Assembly (NCBI GenBank): GCA_024256285.1
Contig: JACGUG010000003.1
Coordinates: 1-63,754 of the forward strand
Origin: an archaeon
GTDB taxonomy: Archaea > Thermoproteota > Nitrososphaeria > Nitrososphaerales > JACAEJ01
Direction of reading: 5' to 3'
Length of the DNA: 63,754 nt
Shown: positions 9,623-20,104 of the stretch, piece after piece
Numbering within the stretch: the first letter of the stretch is position 1
Layout of the letters: every line of letters starts with the position of its first letter
Position numbers and translations under genes: made by a program
Notes under the pieces: model-generated
Databases searched by the model: none
What the model was told of the DNA's origin: nothing
What the model saw: only the letters and a program-made list of their open reading frames with translations

Positions 9623-10976
9623 GATAATCCTTAACATCTATCGAGTCCTCGCCGGGTATCTTCGCTATCTCGAACTTCTCCTTCCGTTTAAAAAGGCTCA
9701 TCGTTGCGTCTATACCGACTTTGGTTGTAAGAAGGTTATCCTGATCACTTGAAGGGTCTAAGCTCGAACCCTTGACGTTCTGTACGACTATAAGACCTCT
9801 ATCGCCTTGGAAGCGTGTAGCCAGGGCGAACTCTACGCTTTGAATATCTTCTGGGTCTATATCATCATCTACAACTATAGCCAATTTCAATGATGGATGG
9901 CTGGCAAAGGCCGATAGTATCGCATTCTTCGGCTCTCCTTCATGGGTCTTTTTGATCTGAATGACTGCATGTAGCCAATTACACCCACCATCTGTTAAAT
10001 GCACAGCTTTAGTTGCTGGCACAGTATTCTTGACTCCTTCAAAGAGTTTTATCCCTACTGGCAGAGACATGAGTAAGCGGTGCTCGCTCCCAGCTGGAAG
10101 TAACCCTTGATAGATGGGGTCTTTTCTATGAAGAATATTCGTTACCTCGATCACTGGTTGCATCCTAGGGTGGTCATATGTGTTCAGCACATCTGTCATG
10201 AACTCCTCCTCTTCCCTATCCATCATGAATCTACCTTCCAATACTATCTCAGAGTTGGCTGGAACGCTTAAATCCACATCTTCACACTTTGAAACTTTTA
10301 GAGCACCTTTTAAGATGGAGTTTGCCATGCCCATCTCATCCATACCGTAAGGTACTTGGCAAGCAGCAGCCAAAGAAACTGCTGGATGGATGCCGATGGC
10401 TATCGCCACTTCAAGGGGCTTTCCTATCTGCTTTAAAAGTTGTAGGCATCTGTGAAGATGTCTCCCTTCCACTACACGTATCGCTAAATGGTTATCGTCA
10501 AGGAGGAGCAATCGATGTATAGATGCATTCTGGGTCTTCGTCTCTATGTTCTTTGCAAAGACTACGCCAGCCGTTATATACCTTCCAGCATCCTTCTCAT
10601 AATGCTTCATTATGGGAAACCTACTCAACCTTGGCTTTTCAGAAGATTCCTTAAACGATGCATTCTTTACAATTTCAGGACTTATAGGATTTGTAATGGA
10701 TGAAGAAATCTTCTCATGAAGATCGTCTAAAGTTGTATCGATGGCTAAGCAGATCCTCTCCTTCGTGCTACAAACACCACTTACAAGAGGAAAATCTGAA
10801 GAACTTATCTTTTCAAAGAAAAGTGCAGGACCTCTGTCAAACTTCTTCATTATCGCCGCTGCTTCATATAAAGGGGAGACCTCCTTCTTTATTCTTACCA
10901 TCTGCCCTTTTTTCTCCAATATACTCAGAAAACTTCTTAAGCCCAATGAATCGCTTTTATCCAAGGTTACCACCAA
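9615..10976 (-). CDS. UbiD-family prFMN decarboxylase, likely trans-anhydromevalonate 5-phosphate decarboxylase
   Basis: DAGRYITAG, NASIHR, EIVLEG, GGCNWLH, VVDDDID, SSLDPS; divergent from the aconitase X pair. Confidence 0.85.
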   Translation of the reverse strand: MVVTLDKSDSLGLRSFLSILEKKGQMVRIKKEVSPLYEAAAIMKKFDRGPALFFEKISSSDFPLVSGVCSTKERICLAIDTTLDDLHEKISSSITNPISPEIVKNASFKESSEKPRLSRFPIMKHYEKDAGRYITAGVVFAKNIETKTQNASIHRLLLLDDNHLAIRVVEGRHLHRCLQLLKQIGKPLEVAIAIGIHPAVSLAAACQVPYGMDEMGMANSILKGALKVSKCEDVDLSVPANSEIVLEGRFMMDREEEEFMTDVLNTYDHPRMQPVIEVTNILHRKDPIYQGLLPAGSEHRLLMSLPVGIKLFEGVKNTVPATKAVHLTDGGCNWLHAVIQIKKTHEGEPKNAILSAFASHPSLKLAIVVDDDIDPEDIQSVEFALATRFQGDRGLIVVQNVKGSSLDPSSDQDNLLTTKVGIDATMSLFKRKEKFEIAKIPGEDSIDVKDYLT

Positions 10977-11031
10977 CTATATATCATCGGTCTTGATCTA
11001 TGAACCTTAAACAGCAGATATCTATTAATCT

Positions 11032-12204
11032 TTGGTGATACATCTGTACCTTACAAATTATGAAGAAAGAGCCCTCAATGGGGAGTATGGCGAAGCCCTT
11101 GAGATGGCTTACAGGATACTTTTGTCTGTTGGTCGCCTTACAGATGCAAGCCGTCTTATAGAAATCTCATCTGCCCATCTCTCTGGAGTTTCATACTCGA
11201 CCATTGGAGAGCATGGGAGAGAGTTCCTTGAGAGTTTCAGCCTAAACGCTAAAGTTTCCATCCCTACGACTGTGAACCCTGCCGGAATAGACCCCAAAAA
11301 TCCATCCGATTTTGGCATCCATGATGATTATATTTCAGAGCAGATGAAGATAGTAAGATCATATAAGAAGTTGGGTGTAACTGAATCGTTTACGTGCACG
11401 CCCTATGAGGTGGCCCATCCGCCACCAAAAGGTAACCATGTGAGTTGGGCTGAGAGCTCTGCATCCATCTACGCAAATTCCATCTTAGATTTAAGGACGA
11501 ACCGTGAGAGTGCGTTGAGTGCCCTCGCCAGTGCAGTAACGGGTAAGACGCCTTATTCAGAGTTACATATCGATGAATTCAGGAAACCGTCCCTCTCCAT
11601 TCATGTCGATATAGATGAACTTTCTGGCTCTATGAAATTTGGGCTTCTAGGGTATTTTGCTGGGAAGATGGCGAGGGGTCCAATGGCGCTTCAAGGCATA
11701 AAAAGCCCCACCTCATCAGAGTCCAAGGCCCTTTGCGCTGCTATAGGAACCTCTGGTGCTTCTGGAATGTTTTTGATAAAAGATAAGGTCGATGCTGAAA
11801 GGGTAAAGTTTGATAGGGGTGATCTTGAAAGAACTTACGATGAACTTAACGATGCAGAAGAAGGGGATGCGATAGTTCTGGGCTGTCCCCATCTGGGCTT
11901 GAATGAGATATATGATATCTCTGATTCTGTCGAAGGTAAGAAATTCAATAAAAGATGCCTCCTATTCTGCTCAAGAAGGGTTTACGAAGAAGCAAAGCTA
12001 AGAGGCTATACCGATAAGATCGAAGGGGCAGGGGCAGATTTCATCTGCAGTACTTGTGCCGTATTTACGCCTATAATCTCTCATCTTGAAGTGGATGTGA
12101 TCGCTACGAACTCGTGTAAAGCAGCCCACTACCTCAAAAGGGCACAAAATGTAAGGGTCTCCCTTAAAGAAACTCATGAAATATTAAAGGAGGTTTGTGG
12201 ATGA
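11032..12204 (+). CDS. Aconitase X catalytic subunit (phosphomevalonate dehydratase large subunit)
   Basis: SAHLSGVSY, TCTPY, WAESSA, RTNRES, GCPH, TNSCKAAHY. Confidence 0.88.
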   Translation: MVIHLYLTNYEERALNGEYGEALEMAYRILLSVGRLTDASRLIEISSAHLSGVSYSTIGEHGREFLESFSLNAKVSIPTTVNPAGIDPKNPSDFGIHDDYISEQMKIVRSYKKLGVTESFTCTPYEVAHPPPKGNHVSWAESSASIYANSILDLRTNRESALSALASAVTGKTPYSELHIDEFRKPSLSIHVDIDELSGSMKFGLLGYFAGKMARGPMALQGIKSPTSSESKALCAAIGTSGASGMFLIKDKVDAERVKFDRGDLERTYDELNDAEEGDAIVLGCPHLGLNEIYDISDSVEGKKFNKRCLLFCSRRVYEEAKLRGYTDKIEGAGADFICSTCAVFTPIISHLEVDVIATNSCKAAHYLKRAQNVRVSLKETHEILKEVCG

Positions 12205-12604
12205 TTTGAGGGGGGTATTCAGGGCTAGAGGGCTTGTCAACGGTCTAGGGTGGGGCGAGGCATTGATCTCACCCTCTCCAATATCCTTTTTAGGAGGCGT
12301 AGACCCAGAAGATGGGAGGATCGTCGATAGATCTCACGAACTGTTCGGTTCTAGTATTCATAAAAAAGTCTTCATATTCCCCCATAGCATTGGAAGTAGT
12401 GTTGGGGCGTACGTGATATACAAATTGAAGAAGAACGATAAAGCCCCCTCTGCGATTATCAATCTAAGGTCCGACATGATTACAGTCTCTGGTTGCGCCA
12501 TATCTAACATACCCCTTGTAGATATGGTCGATGGGTTGTCTCTTATCAAAGAAGGAGACGATCTGATAGTGAATGGTAGAGATGGTTTCGTCATTCTTTA
12601 CTAA
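12197..12604 (+). CDS. Aconitase X swivel subunit (DUF126; phosphomevalonate dehydratase small subunit)
   Basis: ISFLGGVDPEDG, FPHSIGSSVGAYV, APSAII. Confidence 0.88.
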   Translation: MDDLRGVFRARGLVNGLGWGEALISPSPISFLGGVDPEDGRIVDRSHELFGSSIHKKVFIFPHSIGSSVGAYVIYKLKKNDKAPSAIINLRSDMITVSGCAISNIPLVDMVDGLSLIKEGDDLIVNGRDGFVILY

Positions 12605-12652
12605 CTCAACTAAAGTCCAAACTTTACTATCAAGTTCTCCGTTAAAGTTCCT

Positions 12653-13321
12653 ATGGAACTGAAGATAGAGCAAGAATTGATAGACCGTTTTACTGGATTG
12701 CAAGCCTTGATCGTCCATATAAGAGGCGTAAAGGTTGAGAGAAGAAAACCTGATTTGGAAGATTTTAAAGAGCAGATAATCAAAGAAGTCAAGGAGAAGT
12801 ACGATATCGAAAGCCTGAAAGATGTCCCCATTTTTAGAGCCTATAGAGACTTCTTCTGGAAGGCTGGCATAGACCCAACCAAGATAAGACCAGCGGCTGA
12901 GGCATTGATAAGGAGGGTTCTCGGAGGCAAGACTATACCTAAAATAAACAGCGTCGTAGATGCTTACAACCTTGCATCCATCAAAAGTGGGATCGCTTTA
13001 GCAGCCTTTGATGAAGACAGACTTCAAGGCGATCTGAGAATGAGGCTTTCAAGAGAGGGAGAGGGATTCTTAGGGATAGGCATGAATGAGCCAAAGGAAT
13101 TACAAGGTGGCGAGATAGTAGTTTCTGATGATGTAAAGCTAGTGGCGATTTATCCCTACAGAGATGCTGATGAGACCAAGGTAACCGAAGCAACGGAGAA
13201 TGTTTTACTGATGGTATGTGGTGTTCCTGGGATAAGCAAGAAGGATCTGATCGATGCTTCAGATATAGCCACAGAATACATAACGAGGTTTTGTGTTGGG
13301 ATGAAAAGTTCGACCGATTGA
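12653..13321 (+). CDS. Stand-alone B3/B4 tRNA-editing domain protein
   Basis: AYRDFFWKAGIDPTKIRPAAEALIRR, INSVVDAYN, YPYRDA. Confidence 0.88.
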   Translation: MELKIEQELIDRFTGLQALIVHIRGVKVERRKPDLEDFKEQIIKEVKEKYDIESLKDVPIFRAYRDFFWKAGIDPTKIRPAAEALIRRVLGGKTIPKINSVVDAYNLASIKSGIALAAFDEDRLQGDLRMRLSREGEGFLGIGMNEPKELQGGEIVVSDDVKLVAIYPYRDADETKVTEATENVLLMVCGVPGISKKDLIDASDIATEYITRFCVGMKSSTD

Positions 13322-13414
13322 ATGTAGGATCGTTTCTATCTGTTCTACCACCTTATGCCCTATCAGTATTTCTTGGTCTTTTAGATCAGTAGATTACATC
13401 TCGATTTTATTATC

Positions 13415-14704
13415 TCACATAGATACCTTGGTCGAATAGCCCTCTCTGCCGAAGAAAGCCTCTACAGCCTTCTCCACTTTCGATCTATACTCGGCTTGCG
13501 TGTATATTCGGATTATGTCCATATATCCCATAATCGCCCCCACCAAAGCTAGATCCTTTATAGGAACGGTCTCATAGGATATCCCTTCACTAGTTTTACG
13601 TACCAAAGTTATAGAAGAGAGAGATCGACGTGAAGAAGTGTAAGGCACGGAAGGCGTTGTGGGGACATCGAAGAAGATCAGGTCTGGATCCACCCCAGCC
13701 TCGTCTGCTATTTCTATGGATATCTTATCTCTTATGCTCTTCTGGTTCAGGATCCTTTCTATGAACCTATCCTTTCTATGGACTATCTTCTCGAACACAC
13801 ACTTTATCAGCCTCCTATCCCTATAACCTATCGCTAGTTGCTTCGCTTGATCCAACTCTCTACTCTTGGGCTCCAAATCTATAAGTTTTGCAAGGGTCGA
13901 TTCATCTGTGAGTTGAAGGTAATTTTTCAAATCGTCAACATCTGTAAAGTTCAATTCATCATCAGCAAGGATTATGGAGCGAATCAGCATAGCCTGAGCA
14001 GCTCTTACTGTTTTGTGAAAGTATACCGCTTTGAACATTTCATAGCGAGCTATTGTAAAGGCTTCAAATGCGTAGAGAGCAGCTTGATCTATGGCTAATC
14101 TCTCATCAACGATTTCAAAGGAGTTTATAAGCCTATGCACATCCACTCTACCATACTCTACTCCAGTGAAGTACGAGTCTCTAAGAAGATAGTCCATTAT
14201 ATCGACGCTCAAGCCTCCTGCTATTATCTCATTCATGAACTTGGGTCTCTTTGGGGATAGTCCCAGAGCCAACTCGGATATATCTTTAGAATCAAAGCCG
14301 TGCTTTTCTATTACATCTTTGATCTCAGTTTCTCTGATGATCCTCTGTGAGATATCTTCATGAGTTGTATCCCTCTTCTCTGTTAGAGCCTCTTCGAAGA
14401 GATGAGAGAAAGGACCATGGCCAACATCATGAAGCAAAGCCGATAATCTTAGCTCTTGAATGTCATCTTCTGTGATATGAGTCTTTGAGGAAAGAGAAGA
14501 ACCAGCCAATCCAGCAAGATACATCGTACCCAAAGAATGCTCAAAGCGAGTATGCTGAGCACCAGGATATGTTAGATTTGCCCCTGCAAGTTGGCGAATC
14601 CTTCTTAGCCTTTGAAAGATACTCGTATCGATGATTTCTCTCTCTACATCCGTTATATGAATGTATCCATGAACTGGGTCTCTTATTTCGGTTATAAATT
14701 TCAA
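13415..14704 (-). CDS. HD-domain phosphohydrolase (dNTP triphosphohydrolase, SAMHD1-like)
   Basis: IRDPVHGYI, FQRLRRIRQL, RFEHSLG, LHDVGHGPFSH, DYLLRD, YFHK. The protein reads from the reverse complement (TTG at 14704, TGA at 13415-13417). Confidence 0.92.
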   Translation of the reverse strand: MKFITEIRDPVHGYIHITDVEREIIDTSIFQRLRRIRQLAGANLTYPGAQHTRFEHSLGTMYLAGLAGSSLSSKTHITEDDIQELRLSALLHDVGHGPFSHLFEEALTEKRDTTHEDISQRIIRETEIKDVIEKHGFDSKDISELALGLSPKRPKFMNEIIAGGLSVDIMDYLLRDSYFTGVEYGRVDVHRLINSFEIVDERLAIDQAALYAFEAFTIARYEMFKAVYFHKTVRAAQAMLIRSIILADDELNFTDVDDLKNYLQLTDESTLAKLIDLEPKSRELDQAKQLAIGYRDRRLIKCVFEKIVHRKDRFIERILNQKSIRDKISIEIADEAGVDPDLIFFDVPTTPSVPYTSSRRSLSSITLVRKTSEGISYETVPIKDLALVGAIMGYMDIIRIYTQAEYRSKVEKAVEAFFGREGYSTKVSM

Positions 14705-14807
14705 AGTCTACTTGTAAATTCTTCTAGAGTTTTTTAAGTATGTTGTCCTTCACAAAATGCTCTGACTACAGTGACATTTATAAGATCTGTAAGTTGATAT
14801 TGATAAT

Positions 14808-15011
14808 ATGGGTGAAGTCTTCAGACCTAAGGACCTTCTTAAAGGGAGAAGGAAGCTCATAGAAGAGGCTCTTCGAGACCTGAGCCCTGGTGTAAGGAAC
14901 TCCGTGATAGATATCCTTGATTCATGGAGAGGAGAAGAATCCAAAGATAGTTTGATAAAGATATTGGACAAGAGAAGGGTTGAAGACATTCTTAAGTCGT
15001 TAGAGGCTTAG
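14808..15011 (+). CDS. Small hypothetical protein (67 aa)
   Basis: Fills the gap between the HD gene and tmk; helical, charged composition. Confidence 0.6.
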   Translation: MGEVFRPKDLLKGRRKLIEEALRDLSPGVRNSVIDILDSWRGEESKDSLIKILDKRRVEDILKSLEA

Positions 15012-15015
15012 CTCA

Positions 15016-15666
15016 TCATGGGCCCTCTTCTTGTTCTTCGATAAGAGGTTGCAGAAATTCTCGAATCTTCTCTGAAACAACATGTAAAGGTTGTTCGCCA
15101 TCGATTATCTTAACGTAAGGTCTTTCTGAGAACCTCTGCTTGAAGATCTCCCTCACTTTAATCAAGTACTGCTCCTTCTCAAAAAGGCTCAGTCTGGAAG
15201 CTCTATCTTTAATTCGTAAAAGGGCAGTCTCTGGAGGCAGATCCAAGATAACAACAAGGTCGGGCGTAGGGGCAAACATGTTCTCTTTCTCTATAAAGTC
15301 AGGATCGAGGCCTCTGGCTCCTTGATAAGCGACATTAGAAAGATAGTATCTATCCATGATAACTATATCCTTCCTCTCCAGAGCAGGCTTTATGTTATTC
15401 TCGACATCCTCCCTTCTATCCTTACAGAACAACTCAAACTCGGTCTCTGGGCGGATACTATCAAGGCCTTTCATGGCAAGTTCGGCGATCTTCTTCCCCC
15501 ATTCCCCTTCTGTAGGTTCATGAAGTAGTGTCACAGAGTATCCGTCTTTCTGCAAGGCGTCTCTTAAAAGTTCTGCATGTGTCGTCTTACCTGCTCCATC
15601 GATGCCCTCGATAGCTACGAGTAGACCTTTTTTGAGGGCCTTTTTAACCTTATCTTCCTGAATCAA
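15016..15666 (-). CDS. tmk: Thymidylate kinase
   Basis: IEGIDGAGKTT, HEP, DRY, PDLVVILD. Confidence 0.95.
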   Translation of the reverse strand: MIQEDKVKKALKKGLLVAIEGIDGAGKTTHAELLRDALQKDGYSVTLLHEPTEGEWGKKIAELAMKGLDSIRPETEFELFCKDRREDVENNIKPALERKDIVIMDRYYLSNVAYQGARGLDPDFIEKENMFAPTPDLVVILDLPPETALLRIKDRASRLSLFEKEQYLIKVREIFKQRFSERPYVKIIDGEQPLHVVSEKIREFLQPLIEEQEEGP

Positions 15667-15693
15667 GACCGACCCACAAGGAGATTGTATCTG

Positions 15694-15867
15694 TTACTGT
15701 CTCTCGAAGGTTGCTACGAACTTCATATCATCGGGTTCTAAACTGCAAAGATCGTATCTTAATCCTATGATTTCATCTAGATTTGAGGCCTTATAGAAAG
15801 GGACTGCTTGAACCAATGTTGGAGCGCTTTTGCCTACACCTGCTACATATACCTTGACCTTTTTCAT
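15694..15867 (-). CDS. Unannotated 57-aa protein (MKKVKVYVAGVGKSAPTLVQAVPF...VATFERQ)
   Basis: Hand translation; ATG preceded by AAGGAG; stop 28 nt before tmk on the same strand; below the ORF-track cutoff. Confidence 0.55.
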   Translation of the reverse strand: MKKVKVYVAGVGKSAPTLVQAVPFYKASNLDEIIGLRYDLCSLEPDDMKFVATFERQ

Positions 15868-15996
15868 CTCCTTTTATGTTCAGAATCAGATCATAATAAC
15901 CTTTACTTTATAGCCATAGTATCTGAGAAGAATTTTTAACTGGATCATCGACTCCCTTCTATCGCATAAAGATGTCGAAATCCTTATTTAATCGAT

Positions 15997-16425
15997 TTGT
16001 ATAAAATCCAAAAGAAAGTTAATTTGGAAACATATGAAACCAAAAGAAGTGGTTTTGCCATTGCAAGTGGCATCTTAACTATCATCGCATCGTGCTTGAG
16101 TCTTTTCATTGGATATTGGTTATTCCCATCAATACTTTGGCAGTATGGAGATTATGGATACATCATATTCTGGTTAGGGCTCCTTGCATTCGGATTCGGG
16201 TTGACTGCAGGCGTTCTCGCACTAAAAAGGAGAACTCTTGTCTTAGTAATGATAGGTATGGTTTTGGTACTGGTAATCGATATTTCATTGTTTATTATTG
16301 AATACTTGTTAATTGAGGCAACTTATTATTATACTTCGATTGGGTTGACTTACGGAGTTCCAGCCATCTTGTTCATCGTCTTAGGCATAATCTTTTCAGG
16401 AATATCAAGAAAAGAGTTCACGTAG
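15997..16425 (+). CDS. Hypothetical membrane protein (about 4 TM helices)
   Basis: Four long hydrophobic segments; AT-rich. Confidence 0.6.
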   Translation: MYKIQKKVNLETYETKRSGFAIASGILTIIASCLSLFIGYWLFPSILWQYGDYGYIIFWLGLLAFGFGLTAGVLALKRRTLVLVMIGMVLVLVIDISLFIIEYLLIEATYYYTSIGLTYGVPAILFIVLGIIFSGISRKEFT

Positions 16426-16501
16426 TCGAAAATGAGTTTCAGAACCACGAGGGTGTCCATAAGAGGTAAAGAAAGGAAGCGCTAGCCTCTCCCCTCTCTT
16501 T

Positions 16502-18448
16502 TTACTCTTCTTTCTTTGAAGAGAATTTATCTGGCGAGATGTAGTCCCCATACTTTCTCCTTGCCTTTTCTAGCCTCCGCCTCTGCTCTTCCAATACTTC
16601 AAATAATATTTTCGGAGCATCAGGGACACTGGTCTTATAAATCTTCGTTACCCTGTCTATCTTGGCTAAACTTTTTGGAACCCTTAATGTAAATTGTTTG
16701 ATGTAGTCTTCTTTGGAGTAGTCTTTACCAAGCACTTCCTTAAACAACCTCTTAAGGTCTCGATATTTCGGTATCAGACCAGTGGGGGTTTCTATTGCCT
16801 CAACTTCCTTATGTGAACGTAGTTCCATCCATTTGAGCCAGACCCTCTTATCAGTTTTATCGTTCATGAAATTTCCATCAGGGGCGCTAAGAAAGTAATT
16901 CACAGAGAAGATAGGGGGAGGATTCTTTAAGGTGATGCCAAAATTCAGGTTATCTTCTATATATCTGCCTATGAATATGGATAGAAAGTCCAGATTCGAC
17001 ATGGGATTGAATTCTCTAACACCTTCCTTTCCTAGGGTAGCGGCTGTAGTTTCCGACTCCAGCGATGCACCTTTGGTTATGATGCCATGTACCCAGTCGA
17101 AGGATTCCTCCACCGGTACCCACGTATCCGAATCCCGCCCCCCATAGATTATCCCACCAACCAAAACACCATGGGGATCGTCGATCCTTGGGTCCTTATT
17201 CTCCAAGAGCTCCAAGTCGAGTGTGAAGCGGGCGTTTCTGTGTGAGGGTGTTATCTCGTTGCCTTTAGCATCCTTCTTTTCAGGGGTCCATTCTCCTGAA
17301 TGATTAAAACCCTTTTTTGGGACTTCTCCATCCTTACCGATCCAGTAGACACCTTTATCTTCAGTAACCAGCACATTTGAAAAGATGATCTCACCTGGGC
17401 TGTGAAGTGTCTTCCATAGTATAGGGTCGTCTACAGAGTTTACGCCTTGTATTATCCCAAACACTCCCTTTTCTACATTGACTGCATGTATCTTTTCACC
17501 TTTCTTCCTGAGATAGGCTATATCGTCCCCAACTATCGTCTCACCTTCTATCATGGCTGTAGAAGTCTTTCCACAAAGAGAAGGAAAGGCTCCTGTGAGA
17601 TAGGTTACCCTGCCTTTTGGGCCATGCACTCCCATGATAAACATGTGTTCTGTCAGCCAGCCTTCTTTTGATGCTCTATTTATAGCCAGACGCATCGCCA
17701 ATTTCTTAAGTCCAATGGTGTTGCCGCCATACTGGGTGTTTACGCTATACACTATCTCCTCTTGAGTATCCATGTATATCCTACGTTTGTCGATATTCTT
17801 ACTTACCCCTCCTTCAAGCTCTCCTTGAGAATGTACAAACTTGAAGAACTGATCAGAGCTGCCCAATCTTCTGAATTCCTCGTATCCTGGCCTATAAAGC
17901 AGGTTTTCGTTATGGGCAACATAACTGGAATCGGTAAGCTGAACAGCAAGGATGGAGAATTCAGAATTTATCGGCCCTAAACAGAAGAATCCTACATACA
18001 ACTCATGCCCCTGCATGATGTTTTTTAGAATGGCATGAATTTCTTTGAGCCCCTCCTCCCTATCTATTCTGTTTATATGAGAGCCTAAATCGACGCCCTT
18101 GGGTAGAAGAAATTTGGTATTTTCTTTATCTCTAGCCTGATCGTAATAGCCGTCAAAATGAATGGTGTGGCCGGCTATGGCAAGTTCCTTCTCTTCTCCG
18201 TTTCTTATTGCCACTTGCCTGATATACTGGACATCCTCTGGTGAATCGGTACAGACAAAAACTTTGTCAGGATTACAAAGTTCGATATACTTAGAAATGA
18301 ATCGGTGTAGCTTGGGATTATTTATCCTGATGAGTTTTTGGTAATCTTTTTCTCCTAATCTGGTTTTGAGAACGCTCATAGTCTCTTTATCTATTTTTTT
18401 ACCAGATTCTTTTAATCTTGTCTTGACACTTTCTTTTAGGTTTACCAA
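16502..18448 (-). CDS. pckG: GTP-dependent phosphoenolpyruvate carboxykinase
   Basis: YGGNTIGLKK, WLTEHM, AFPSLCGKT, VGDDIAY, NVEKGVFG, NARF, FSVNYF. Confidence 0.95.
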   Translation of the reverse strand: MVNLKESVKTRLKESGKKIDKETMSVLKTRLGEKDYQKLIRINNPKLHRFISKYIELCNPDKVFVCTDSPEDVQYIRQVAIRNGEEKELAIAGHTIHFDGYYDQARDKENTKFLLPKGVDLGSHINRIDREEGLKEIHAILKNIMQGHELYVGFFCLGPINSEFSILAVQLTDSSYVAHNENLLYRPGYEEFRRLGSSDQFFKFVHSQGELEGGVSKNIDKRRIYMDTQEEIVYSVNTQYGGNTIGLKKLAMRLAINRASKEGWLTEHMFIMGVHGPKGRVTYLTGAFPSLCGKTSTAMIEGETIVGDDIAYLRKKGEKIHAVNVEKGVFGIIQGVNSVDDPILWKTLHSPGEIIFSNVLVTEDKGVYWIGKDGEVPKKGFNHSGEWTPEKKDAKGNEITPSHRNARFTLDLELLENKDPRIDDPHGVLVGGIIYGGRDSDTWVPVEESFDWVHGIITKGASLESETTAATLGKEGVREFNPMSNLDFLSIFIGRYIEDNLNFGITLKNPPPIFSVNYFLSAPDGNFMNDKTDKRVWLKWMELRSHKEVEAIETPTGLIPKYRDLKRLFKEVLGKDYSKEDYIKQFTLRVPKSLAKIDRVTKIYKTSVPDAPKILFEVLEEQRRRLEKARRKYGDYISPDKFSSKKEE

Positions 18449-18659
18449 TACTACACCATCGAACCAATCCTATTGTACATTGAAACAAAATTACAACTTC
18501 CAAACCCTTTAACCTTTAAAAACTTATTGTTCGATCGTTTTCTGATAGATCTACTTTTCGTTCTTTCAGAGAAACCATAAACTATTTATTGGGCTAAAGG
18601 GCATCAGTATAACAGCACAACAAAAGTATGGTTTCTATGTTCTATCAAGAGGTGAGTGA

Positions 18660-19631
18660 ATGAGTCTCCTAAAGTTTCGTCTATCTATGATAGGTACTTT
18701 AGCCTTTCTGATCAGTCTTTCTACTCTCTTCTTCGCGATCATCCTGAGCTTTATGGGACCATTGAACATATTTGTGTTGATCGTAATTGTAGTGGCTTTC
18801 AATCTCGTTCAATGGCTTTTAGCACCTTACATGATCGATGCAATGTACAAAGTCAAACCAGTCACAAAAGATGGGAATCCAAAGCTTTATGGCATTGTCG
18901 AGAAGCTCAGTCAAAGAACCGGCATAAAGATGCCAAAGGTAATGATTGCTCGCATCCCAATCCCAAATGCCTTTGCGTACGGTTCGCCTATCACAGGAAA
19001 AAAGGTAGCGGTTACTGAGACTCTGTTGAAGACACTCGAAGAGGAAGAAGTAGAGGCTGTCATAGGACACGAGCTGGGTCACCTCAAGCATAGAGATGTT
19101 CAGATAATGATGTTCGCCTCGGTCTTGCCAGCGATCTTTTACTTCATAGGATACTCCTTCATGCTCTCCGCTTGGTTTGGTGGTGGCAGAAGGGAAGGTG
19201 AGGGGGGCGCTACCATATTGATAGGAATCGCTTGTATGGCGATTTACTGGTTGCTATCCCTTTTCGTCTTAGGATTGAGCAGATTAAGAGAATACTACGC
19301 TGATAGGCATAGTGTCTCGGTGGTGGATGATGGGGCTCGTAATTTATCAGAGGCATTGGCAAAGATAGTGAGCTACAGCGCAAATATGAAGAGGCAACCA
19401 CGTAACCAGGTGGGCGCATCCAGTAGCTTTCGATCCCTGTTCATAGCCGATCCAGAAAGGGCTGAGAAAGACTATCAAGAGATAACGAAGATTTCAGGAT
19501 ATTTGGCAGATAAGAAACTCGTTGAGGAAATACTCTCAAGAAAGATTAGCACGACAGATAGGATCTTGGAGCTATTTTCAACTCACCCCAATATAGTGAA
19601 GCGCCTTAGAGCTTTACAGAAATCGGGCTGA
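18660..19631 (+). CDS. htpX: Membrane zinc metalloprotease HtpX (M48)
   Basis: PNAFAYG, HELGH, SRLREYYAD, FSTHP. Confidence 0.95.
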   Translation: MSLLKFRLSMIGTLAFLISLSTLFFAIILSFMGPLNIFVLIVIVVAFNLVQWLLAPYMIDAMYKVKPVTKDGNPKLYGIVEKLSQRTGIKMPKVMIARIPIPNAFAYGSPITGKKVAVTETLLKTLEEEEVEAVIGHELGHLKHRDVQIMMFASVLPAIFYFIGYSFMLSAWFGGGRREGEGGATILIGIACMAIYWLLSLFVLGLSRLREYYADRHSVSVVDDGARNLSEALAKIVSYSANMKRQPRNQVGASSSFRSLFIADPERAEKDYQEITKISGYLADKKLVEEILSRKISTTDRILELFSTHPNIVKRLRALQKSG

Positions 19632-19777
19632 GTACTACGCCAAAATTCACTAAAAGGATAAAAGCAACTTAAACGGAGTTTGGATCTACATTTGGTAACT
19701 AAATAAAGAATGAGAAGATAGATTCAACCTCGAATTTAGCTTCAACAAAGAGTAAGTATGATTGTAGTATCCCCGTT

Positions 19778-20104
19778 TTATTTTACCCTGCCACCTAATA
19801 AATCCTCATAAACCTTTCTCATATGATAAGCCACTTCGGCTGATTCCTCGCTTAAGCTACACCTACAAGCTTTGCATTTTGTGCAGACGATCCATCCACA
19901 TCTAGGACATACTTCAGCCTCATTTACACTAAACTTCTCTCCGCACTTAAAACAGTAAACTTCAGGCTTTGCCAAGAACTTAAGATAATTTTCTATCAAT
20001 CTAGAAACAGGAATCCTTCTTTCACTTGCAGCCTTCTTACCTGCCTTTAATACATCCTTATCTATAGATACAGTCAACTTTGTCTTTGGATTGGAAGTAT
20101 TCAT
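19778..20104 (-). CDS. Ribbon-helix-helix protein with a C-terminal 8-Cys zinc domain
   Basis: KTKLTVSIDKDVLKAGKKAASERRIPVSRLIENYL (RHH) followed by CFKC-x13-CPRC-x4-CTKCKACRC. Confidence 0.75.
   Translation of the reverse strand: MNTSNPKTKLTVSIDKDVLKAGKKAASERRIPVSRLIENYLKFLAKPEVYCFKCGEKFSVNEAEVCPRCGWIVCTKCKACRCSLSEESAEVAYHMRKVYEDLLGGRVK

Noticed and set aside
18570-18636. 10-bp inverted repeat AGAAACCATA/TATGGTTTCT upstream of htpX
   Set aside because: The arms are 47 bp apart and AT-rich; a few such pairs are expected by chance in 64 kb
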